Source: Octopus sinensis
Lineage: Eukaryota
Direction: 5' to 3'
Length of the DNA stretch: 17,180 nt
NCBI RefSeq assembly: GCF_006345805.1
Contig: NW_021824965.1
Coordinates: 1 to 17,180, forward strand
Positions 8,312 to 17,180 of this stretch are shown here, in pieces; position 1 is the stretch's first letter; every line of letters begins with the position of its first letter. The notes beneath the pieces were generated by a model, which worked only from the letters and a program-made list of their open reading frames with translations, had not been told where the DNA came from and did no database searches. The position numbers were made by a program, and so were the translations under genes.

Positions 8312-8981
8312 GCATAACATTTTTCTCTACTTCTATGTATAAATCAGCTCTCCTAGATTACAGGACAGTGAATCTATCCACTTTTAATCAACACTGAATC
8401 CTCTGTGAGCAGATGTAATTATTCATGAAGCATAGTTTTTTCATTACCTCTCAACACCAATAATATCAATAAGAACAATAAATAAACTCATGGTATCAAT
8501 CTATCGCAATTGCTTAATTTAAATGATAGAATTGTATTATTCTAGAGTTTCTTTTAAAGTGCTAACTGAGATTGAAATAATTGCCAAAGAAAAAAATAGA
8601 GAAAAACAAAAGAAAAAGTAAAAAAGTTGTTATATTACACAATTAATTTTAGTTAGTTTTTTCGAAACTCCAGTCTGCAACACATGCAAGTTTTTTGAAA
8701 TTGCAGCATCGATACATTCCGTTTCATTCTTTCGAATGCTGGAGAAGTAAATGTAAAATCTATAGAATGTTTTGTTAAGAATTATTATCCGTCGATATTC
8801 ATAGTAATTTTCGAAAATAATATTTAGTAGTATTTAAAAAGCATTTCACTGCACATAATACATATAGCGAAAAATCTCTAAATAATTGTCACATAACTTA
8901 TTACGGCAAACACACAAAATATTGAAAATATAAATGCACCTCACTCTCTCTCTATCTCTCTCTATCTCTCTCGCTCTCTTT

Positions 8982-9235
8982 ATACATACATACATTCATA
9001 TATACATACGTACATTCAAACATACATACATACATACATACATACATACATACAAACATACATACATATATACATACATACATCCAGACATACATACATA
9101 CATACATACATATATACATACATACATACATACATACATACATACATACATACATACATCCAGACATACATACATACATTCATATATACATACCTACATA
9201 CATTCATACATACATACATACATACATACATCCAG

Positions 9236-9268
<33 letters not shown>

Positions 9269-9365
9269 CATATATACATACATACATATATACATATATA
9301 CATACATACATACATACATACATACATACATTCATACATACATACATACATTCATACATACAGAT

Positions 9366-9396
<31 letters not shown>

Positions 9397-9434
9397 CATA
9401 CATTCATACATACATACATACATACATACATACA

Positions 9435-9465
<31 letters not shown>

Positions 9466-9676
9466 TAACATGCATACATGCATACATACATATATACATA
9501 CATACATTCATACATAGATACATACATACATACATATATATATACATGCATACAAACATACATACATACATACATACATACATACGTTCATACATACATA
9601 CATACATACATACATACATACATACATACATTCATACATATATACATACACATATACATTCATATATACATACATA
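8982..9676. repeat. Long (CATA)n tetranucleotide microsatellite, about 700 bp, with TCCAGA and TTCATA interruptions
   Basis: Seen directly; explains the HTYI and MYVC ORFs. Confidence 0.95.
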
Positions 9677-9930
9677 CTCTGGGGAAAATAAATTTAAGAC
9701 TGATGATAAAATTTATATTTCTTACAAAATATTTTGTTACTAAAACCATACTAATTTAGCATTAGAATTCTTCAGGTTGTATAAAAATAATTATTGTCTA
9801 CATCATGTGACAGAGAAATAAATTCTGCATAAGGTGTAAAAGATAAAAATAATTTGTATGGTGCTAGTAATAAAATATTTTGTAAGAAATAGAATTTTTA
9901 TCACCGGTCTTAAATTTCTTTTCGCCAGTG
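9677..9930. mobile_element. Tc1/mariner-type MITE with about 80-bp TIRs and TA target-site duplication
   Basis: Arms 9677-9756 and 9851-9930 are 69/80 complementary by hand alignment; flanked by TA at 9675-76 and 9931-32; termini CTCTG.../...CAGTG. Confidence 0.85.
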
Positions 9931-9974
9931 TATATGTATAAATATATATATATAAATATATACATATAAACTGC

Positions 9975-10183
9975 TTATTAATAAAGGCAACGAAAAAATT
10001 TCTAATGCCAAATATGCCGAAAACTTGGACATATTGTCCATTATCATATAATTTTTCACAGAACGCACGCTACTCGGACCCTGAAATCGGTCCGATATGG
10101 TAATAACGGAATTTTTTAGAAATTTCTGTCGGTTTTTTTCGAGTAGCGTGCGTTCTATGAAAAATTATATGGTAATGGACAAT
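9975..10183. mobile_element. Foldback MITE (same family as 2650-2760), right arm truncated at a SINE
   Basis: Inverted arms 10033-10076 and 10140-10183 (42/44). Outer left part gcaacgaaaaaatttctaatgcc...ggacatattgtccatta matches the reverse complement of 2688-2750. Confidence 0.8.
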
Positions 10184-10185
10184 TT

Positions 10186-10573
10186 GTGGCTGTGTGGTAA
10201 GTAGCTTGCTAACCAACCACATGGTTCCGGGTTCAGTCCCACTGCGTGGCATCTTGGGCAAGTGTCTTCTGCTATAGCCCCGGGCCGACCAATGCCTTGT
10301 GAGTGGATTTGGTAGACGGAAACTGAAAGAAGCCTGTCGTATATATGTATGTGTGTGTGTTTGTGTGTCTGTGTTTGTTCCCCTAGCATTGCTTGACAAC
10401 CGATGCTGGTGTGTTTACGTCCCCGTCACTTAGCTGTTCGGCAAAAAGAGACCGATAGAATAAGTACTGGGCTTACAAAAAGAATAAGTCCCCGGGTCGA
10501 TTTGCTCGACTAAAGGCGGTGCTCCAGCATGGCCGCAGTTAAATGACCGAAACAAGTAAAAGAGTAAAAGAGT
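10186..10573 (+). mobile_element. Family A SINE, near full length (lacks first ~9 nt)
   Basis: Near-identical to 1261-1695. Confidence 0.92.
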
Positions 10574-10574
10574 A

Positions 10575-10575
<1 letters not shown>

Positions 10576-10626
<51 letters not shown>

Positions 10627-10634
10627 ATATATAT
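10576..10634. repeat. (TA)n microsatellite
   Basis: Seen directly. Confidence 0.92.
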
Positions 10635-11217
10635 ACGGCAAATAAGAAAATGGAAAGAGTACAAAACGGCAAGCATCATCCGGTTGACATTCCACTGTGT
10701 CTATTCCAAAGCATTAGAAAGTATTAGAAGAAAATATATACATGCAGTAACTGTGTTACACACACGTTTTAGTATTACAGAAAAGAGCAAGAGAGGAGAT
10801 CCTGACGGTCGTTTCTTCCAAGAGCCAATGATATCCTCCATGCCATGTCCACCTCTGTAAATATATGTATATATACGTATTTCAAAATAGAAAATTACCC
10901 TTTCACAGGTAATTTTTACATGCTATAAATAGCAGCCAAACACGGCCAAAAACCACAATTTTATAGCAAATTTCGAAGCACATGGAAAATAAAAACCTTT
11001 ACCTTGTTATATAACGGTTATACCAATGGTTTCGAATTTCTTTAGTGGTGATACTTATAACGAGTATTCGCCACCCTATATATATATATATGTATATATA
11101 TATATTATATGAGGCCGTCGAGAGGTAGGCCCCGAAACGGTGCGCATTTTCCCCTGGTGATCTCGTACCCTTACTGGCGTCCGGTAGCACTTGCATCAGC
11201 AAGCTGTTTGCAAGACA

Positions 11218-11220
<3 letters not shown>

Positions 11221-11274
<54 letters not shown>

Positions 11275-11276
11275 AC
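11221..11276. repeat. (AC)n microsatellite
   Basis: Seen directly. Confidence 0.95.
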
Positions 11277-11421
11277 GCAGACATATTGTTGCCATTTATA
11301 GGTAAACAAAACACGAAGACAGGAGTTTGATCTACAAGAAAGTGTATTAGTTTGAAGCTCGGGAAAAGGAAAAAAAATCATTTACGTTACGTGACAAATT
11401 TATGTCTTTGAAGAATAAATC

Positions 11422-11423
<2 letters not shown>

Positions 11424-11482
<59 letters not shown>
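11424..11482. repeat. (AG)n microsatellite
   Basis: Seen directly. Confidence 0.95.
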
Positions 11483-11487
<5 letters not shown>

Positions 11488-11504
11488 GGTGAAGTATATG
11501 TCTC

Positions 11505-11620
11505 CAGTATTGGATTATCACTTTATTTATCGTCTCCCGAGATTTGACGGATTCGAACCCTAAGGGACAGAATCAACAATGTGATCCATTTCCCGTGAGT
11601 CTCTAACGACGCTGCCACAT
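11505..11620 (-). mobile_element. Diverged family C-like SINE remnant
   Basis: Minus strand tggcagcgtcgttag (A-box-like, from 11617), perfect B-box GGTTCGAATCC (11559-11549), then cgataaataaagt...atactgg resembling the family C body. Confidence 0.55.
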
Positions 11621-12034
11621 TCAAATATATGCAGACACACACAAACGATACACAAATGTATGCAACATGCATATATTCATGAAAACATATGTCCTTAGCT
11701 CCCACTGTGAAGTAACATACGGGAAAGGATTACATTGGCGTTAATAGGATACAGCATCTCTGGGATATATTTCGAGAAAGCACTCTCTTCTCTTCATCAT
11801 TCTCTCTTTCTCTGTCTGTCTCCCTTTGACTCTGTGTCTGTCTCTGTTTGTCCGTTTCCCTGCGTCTCCCTTTTTCTCTCTTCCTCTCTTTTGGGATTTC
11901 ACCTGGAATATATTATTGTGGAATACAGCGATCAGGTTGTTATCAAGCGATTCATTCTTTTATCGAGTGTCCACCTATTTCAGAAGACATTCTCATCACC
12001 ACCAGTACATCTTATTTGTTTCTTTTCTTCAGAA

Positions 12035-12048
12035 ACACACACACCACA

Positions 12049-12090
<42 letters not shown>

Positions 12091-12091
12091 G

Positions 12092-12120
<29 letters not shown>
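12035..12120. repeat. (CA)n-(CT)n compound microsatellite
   Basis: Seen directly. Confidence 0.9.
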
Positions 12121-12122
<2 letters not shown>

Positions 12123-12274
12123 TTCCACTTTGTCTCTTTGGGGATTTAACATGGAAAAAAGACGAAGATAAGGCTCTGTGGTTAAAAAACTACACATTTA
12201 TGTGCGCAGTAATTTTTTTTTAGATATTAGTCCTACTGACAGCGCTTCGACCAAGCCATCTATTCATCTACTTG

Positions 12275-12552
12275 TTCGTGGCCTGACAACGACTTTGCGA
12301 TTTAATTGGGTTGACGGAAACTGTACGGAATCCCATTGTATACAAATGTGCATGTGTCTGTTTGTCACTGTCTCTCATCACTTGACAACCAATGATAGTT
12401 TGTTTATATCCCTTCAACTTAGCAGTTCGGTCAAAATTTACAAATGTAATACATACTAGGATTAAAATAATTGCTGGGGGTCGATACGGTCGGCAGTGCT
12501 ACAGCATGGCCACAATAACCTAGGGATTGGAAGAAGCATTGAAATGAAAGAG
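12275..12552 (+). mobile_element. Old, degenerate family A-related SINE (body and tail)
   Basis: gacggaaactg, cttgacaacc, aacttagcagttcgg, ggggtcgat and gtgctacagcatggcc occur in family A order. Confidence 0.7.
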
Positions 12553-12834
12553 TTTATGAGTAATTCAAAGGACTATTATCTCACTGACTGTCGCTGACTC
12601 AGCCTGAGAATCGCATCAAGGTAAGAGTCAACGGGGTACCCAACCATTTACATAATAAAGGTGTCCCTCATTGTCTAATTTTGTAGCGTTTGGATTAAAG
12701 GTTATTTAGCTGTGATTTCTAGCAAATTGCATCGACCACAGAGAGGTTGCCTCAATTGACTTCTTTCTTGATAATTGCTTTCTTCACTGTTGTTTTTGTT
12801 GTTGTTGAGAGGGTTGTTTTCGTTCGTATCAAGT

Positions 12835-13047
12835 CATTCTTGATAAAGCAGACCCACGATCAAACAAATTCCAACCACGACCATCCCGCTTTCTTTTTAA
12901 TTCCAGAAAAGTAATTATCTTATCGAAATGCTTCTGCCTACATTCTTGATAAAGCAGACCCACGATCAAACAAATTCCAACCTTGACCATCCCGTTTTTT
13001 TTTTAAATTCCAGAAAAGTAATTACCTCATCGAAATGTTCCTTCCTT
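12835..13047. repeat. Tandem duplication, two units of 106-107 bp
   Basis: cattcttgataaagcagacccacgatc... at 12835 and 12941; first 42 bp identical; start of a third unit (cattttga) at 13048. Confidence 0.92.
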
Positions 13048-13583
13048 CATTTTGAAACTGTAACACGGAGGTGTAGCGTAGATTTAACTATTATCTTTAG
13101 CACCATGGACTGACCACATTGAAGCTATTCCGTTTGCTTATGTATTGGTATTTAGAATATTTCACTTCATGCTTTAAAAATTAGAAAGACGTCTGTATTT
13201 TCAAACGTAGCCGTTGTACAGAAATATATATATACACATATATATATATATATATATGAGGCATATTATCAGACATTTAAGTTTATACCATTTGCATCGG
13301 TGGTTTTCTGATATTTCATTCTTTCAAATTATCTACTGAGCTGGATTTGATATGTTTTATGTTGGAGAAAACTAAAGTTAATTCATTTACGTAACATAGA
13401 GATCCACAGGGAAGTTACTGGAGCCACCAAGCTATAGCGATAACGAGAATAGCGGATAATTTATCTTTCCATATAGAATGCTTGTTGAGGCATGTCGGCG
13501 GCTGCTGCAATTTCTGCTCGTCCAGCATGTTCCTAAGATTTCCCAAACTCTGAGTTTATTCTCCGGGGGAATTAAATTAAATA

Positions 13584-13754
13584 GGCGCAGGAGTGGCTGT
13601 GTGGTAAGTAGCTTGCTTACCAACCACATGGTTCCGGGTTCAGTCCCACAGCGTGGAATCTTGGGCAAGTGTCTTCTACTATAGCCTCGGGCCGACCAAA
13701 GCCTTGTGAGTGGATTTGATAGACGGAAACTGAAAGAAGCCTGTCGTATATATG

Positions 13755-13787
<33 letters not shown>

Positions 13788-13995
13788 GTTTCTGTGTTTG
13801 TCCCCCTAGCATTGCTTGACAACCGATGCTGGTGTGTTTATGTCCCCGTCACTTAGCGGTTCGGCAAAAGAGACCGATAGAATAGGTACTGGTCTTACAA
13901 AGAATAAGTCCCTGGGTCGAGTAGCTCGATTAAAGGTGGTACTCCAGCATGGCCGCAGTCAAATGACTGAAAGAAGTAAAAGAGTAAAGAGAGTA
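13584..13995 (+). mobile_element. Family A SINE, full length
   Basis: Same head, CORE-like body, microsatellite and tail as 1252-1695. Confidence 0.92.
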
Positions 13996-14355
13996 ACCCA
14001 ATGCAGGAATCGTGAGTTCGATTTCTCTCAAGGTTTTCGCTCTCAAATACGCTGCATCTTTGGGACATCTGAATTGAGATTCATGACAGTCCTCATATAC
14101 GTAGATATATGTTCTTGCAACAGTTTGATTTTGTCTTCCCTGGAATATTGCGTTGGTTGCGATGGTGCGTCCAACAGTATGATTCGAACCTCGAGACGGA
14201 ATTTGAATTCCGAACAGTTTATTGAAACGCTTATAAATCAGCGTGATCAGAATTTTATTAATTTGCAGCTTGGAATTGATTCTTTAGTTATCGAGGCAGA
14301 CAGAATGAAAAACAAAGTTATCCTTCGTAGGATCGAAACACTATTTTCAGCCATA

Positions 14356-14552
14356 GGTACAGATGTGGCTGTTTAGTTAAGAAACTATCTTCCAAACCAT
14401 GTAGTGTAGGTTTCAGTGCCGCTGCGTGGCACCTTTGGTAAGCGCCTTCTACTGCAGCCGCGGGTTGATGAAAAACTTGTGAGTGAATTTGTATATGCGT
14501 GTGTGTGTGTGAGAGTGTGTGTATGTGTGCATAAGGTTGTACATGAGCGTGC

Positions 14553-14600
<48 letters not shown>

Positions 14601-14806
14601 ATGGTAGTGTTTATCCCACAACACCATTTGACAACCAGTTTGGTTTCTTTATCTCACCGTACCTCAGCGGTTCAGAAAAAAAAAACAGAAATGATAGAAC
14701 AAACACCAGGCTTTAAAATTATATACGGCAATGGATTTGTTCGAGTAAGCAATTGAAAACGGTGTCCTAGCATGGTAGCTGTCCAGTGACAAAACCAAGT
14801 AAATGA
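14356..14806 (+). mobile_element. Old family A SINE with expanded internal (TG)n
   Basis: gtggctg, gcgtggcacc, cttgtgagtgaattt, (TG)n, tttgacaacc, cagcggttcag, gatttgttcga and cctagcatgg occur in family order. Confidence 0.75.
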
Positions 14807-15309
14807 CATCAGATAGTCAGTCTACCTTATACACAATGATATAAAATCTCTCTTTCCATGCGTAAATCTAGAGAGCGTAACCTGAGGCTAAACATGACAG
14901 CCATTTTGTAATAGTGAGTCAGACAATGTCACAAAGAGTCTTGTCTAACACGATTTAGCTATTATTTTCCCCACGTTATGGAAACTGACTTTATTTTTCT
15001 TTAGATTAAACATAATGAAATCCTTCAAGAAGACGGGAAGTAAAATGCTGAAATGATCTATAAAAATTCGATTTACTTCGATATCATTCACCAGTTTTTA
15101 TCCTATTGTCGCATGAATTTCTACTTTTCTTTTTTTCCCAAAATTTTATCTAATGATATTTCGGAGATATCTTAATATTATAATATTATTGGCAGCTTAG
15201 AATAACATTGGAATCTGACAATTTCTTCCTTACTTGCAGGATTATAGCAGATAACCACGTTATGACGTTATCTGCACAATAGATGTTTTATTTTATAATT
15301 TAGATACCA

Positions 15310-15499
15310 AGCCTATGTGTGTAAGTGTGTGTGTGTGAGTGTGTGAGCGTGTGTGTGTTTGTGTGTGTAAGTGTACGCACGTGACTTTGTGTGAGTGGTG
15401 ATATATGTATTTATCTACGAATTTATATATATATATATTTATATACATACATATATATATAATACATATACATATATATAATATATATATATATATATA

Positions 15500-15537
<38 letters not shown>

Positions 15538-15796
15538 ATACATATATATATATACATATAAAAATGGTAGATAAATGCATATATGGTATTAATGAATAAA
15601 TAGTTGTATGTGAACAGATGCACACGCAAGCATACACACACAGCATGTTGTTATGCAAATACGTTACTGTCTATATGTAGGTTGATATAACGGATACCTT
15701 TGTAATATATCTATATATATATATATTTATTTGCATAAAGTGTATATATATACACATACACACAGACATATGTATATATAATATACATACACATAT

Positions 15797-15837
<41 letters not shown>

Positions 15838-15960
15838 ATAGATAATAGGTAGATGGATTGATAGATATACATAGACACTCACATATATACATACTTATAC
15901 ATACAAATATATATATATATATACGTGTGTGTGTGTGTTTGTGTGCGTGTGTGTATGTAC
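15310..15960. repeat. Compound (TG)n/(TA)n/(CA)n low-complexity block
   Basis: Seen directly. Confidence 0.85.
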
Positions 15961-16125
15961 ATTTTGGTTGTTTGCTATTTGGCTGCAACAACGGTCAAGA
16001 GGCCGAGAAACATTACTAGCGATTCATCTCAATGTGTTCAGTAGGATGTTGCATCATACAATAAAACTAAATGTAAACTGACACACACACATACAAGCGT
16101 ATATATACCTTTCTCTCTATCACTT

Positions 16126-16187
<62 letters not shown>

Positions 16188-16192
16188 TTTAT

Positions 16193-16478
16193 TTTCTTCT
16201 TCTCGAGCCACGCCTGGTTCATAGGGCCGGTTTTCCGGTTTCCTTGGCGTAGAGGTTCCCAACCTGGACGGGACGCCGGTCCGTCGCAGGTGAGCTGCAA
16301 GATGCAGGAGAGTCAGAGAAAGTTGTGGCGAAAGAGTCAGCAGAAGATCTCCATTACCTTCTGCCGGAGCCGCGTGGAACTCAGGTGTTTCGCTCATAAA
16401 CGCATATATCGCCCGGTCTGAAATTCGTACCCGCGATCCCTCGACTGCAAATCCGCTGCTCTAACCACCAGGCCATGC
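16193..16478 (-). mobile_element. Family B SINE with a different 3' tail (tail type 2)
   Basis: Minus strand gcatggcctggtggttagagcagcgg...cagaccgggcg...gagcgaaacacct...ggctccggcag...actctttcgccac matches 1781-1944, then diverges; ends in gaagaagaaaataa. Confidence 0.85.
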
Positions 16479-16600
16479 GATGATGGGGAGACAAATACAC
16501 ACACACAAACATATGGATTCACATACACAGCTTCCGTCTCCCAAAACCGTTCAGAATGTTTTGGTCGGCCCGAGGCTATAATAGAAGAGACGTACCTAAG
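16479..16600 (-). mobile_element. Family A SINE middle fragment
   Basis: Reverse complement cttct..tatagcctcgggccgaccaaa...gagacggaagctg...(tg)n..ttgtctcccc matches the family A body. Confidence 0.7.
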
Positions 16601-16650
16601 AAGAATACAAGATCAATTCGTGAGTTTTTTAAAAGTACCCGTTCTTACAG

Positions 16651-16836
16651 TGGCCTACTGGCACCAACACCAGCAATTCCAGCAATTCGCACCAAATCCA
16701 ACTGGAAAGGAAGACAAACGCAAAAGCCCACGATTCACTACTGCGAATTTCCTCGGCCATAAATGTAATCGCTCTATTTGTATGTGTCAAATGTTCGCGT
16801 TGTTGTTTCGATGGGTGTCCTGATGACGCCCATTGA
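16651..16836 (+). other. Candidate coding exon (unverified)
   Basis: Acceptor-like ttcttacag at 16642-50; frame WPTGTNTSNSSNSHQIQLERKTNAKAHDSLLRISSAINVIALFVCVKCSRCCFDGCPDDAH*; possible donor GTATGT at 16780. No recognised homolog. Confidence 0.2.
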
Positions 16837-17004
16837 AACAAAGAGAAATGTCCAATATGATTCTTTTGTATTCTGCAAATCAGAGAGAATTTTTTTTCTC
16901 TCCATAATAGCATGTCAGTTTTTAGAAAGACAAAAACAAATTAATCTCAGCGCCATTTTTTCTGTTTACGCTGTAAACAGTTCGGTCAAACCGACAAACA
17001 CGAT

Positions 17005-17180
17005 TCTTCTTATTCTTCTTTTTCTTGTTGTTGTTGTTATTGTTATTGTTTTCTTCTCTTCTTCTTCTTCTTCTTTTCTTCTTCTTCTTCTTCTTCTTCT
17101 TCTTCTTCTTCTTCTTCTTCTTCTTCTCTTCTTCTTCTTCTTCTCTTCTTCTTCTTCTTCTCTTCTCTTCTCCATCCTCC
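17005..17180. repeat. (CTT)n tract with (GTT)/(ATT) segments
   Basis: Seen directly; explains ORF 16966..17175. Confidence 0.92.

Noticed and set aside
9700-9730. CTGATGA as a hammerhead core
   Set aside because: No stem II or GAAA follows; it lies within the MITE TIR and the opposite arm reads CCGGTGA.
8934-9759. Long ORFs of HTYI/MYVC repeats (up to 269 aa)
   Set aside because: Translations of the (CATA)n microsatellite, which lacks stops in several frames.
10795-10845. Minus-strand ...gaggat...gaagaaacgaccgtcagg resembling a Penelope-type end
   Set aside because: No intact CUGANGA and no convincing stem II.
11300-11420. Segment recalling another octopus dispersed repeat with a degenerate hammerhead on the minus strand
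   Set aside because: Based on memory only, too diverged to fold and no second copy in the window.
11890-12010. GIYYCG motif resembling an Ig-domain F strand in ORF 11848..12171
   Set aside because: No preceding Asp motif, no acceptor AG after the pyrimidine tract, and no other Ig features.
12570-12626. Strong splice donor AAG|GTAAGA
   Set aside because: All three upstream frames hit stops within about 50 nt and no good acceptor is present; an isolated donor match is expected by chance.
15247-15275. 9-bp inverted repeat gcagataac/gttatctgc
   Set aside because: Too short and isolated to distinguish from chance.

Overview
AT-rich, microsatellite-dense eukaryotic non-coding DNA (intergenic or deep intron). 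It is most likely octopus, inferred from my recall of its SINE families and not from a database search. No host protein-coding gene can be supported; almost all ORFs in the track are translations of (TA)n, (CA)n, (CATA)n, (CTT)n or of SINE copies. The window is a mosaic of mobile elements: three tRNA-derived SINE families defined by several in-window copies (called A, B, C here), a possible fourth known only from recall, a complete 300-bp non-autonomous Helitron, a TA-flanked Tc1/mariner-type MITE, two copies of a foldback MITE family and a Tc1/mariner transposase fragment. The most interesting locus is 7826-8311: a tRNA-headed, (AAT)n-containing element carrying a minimal type I hammerhead ribozyme (Penelope/retrozyme-like). 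It is arranged as a head-to-head palindrome and one arm is fused to a family A SINE tail.
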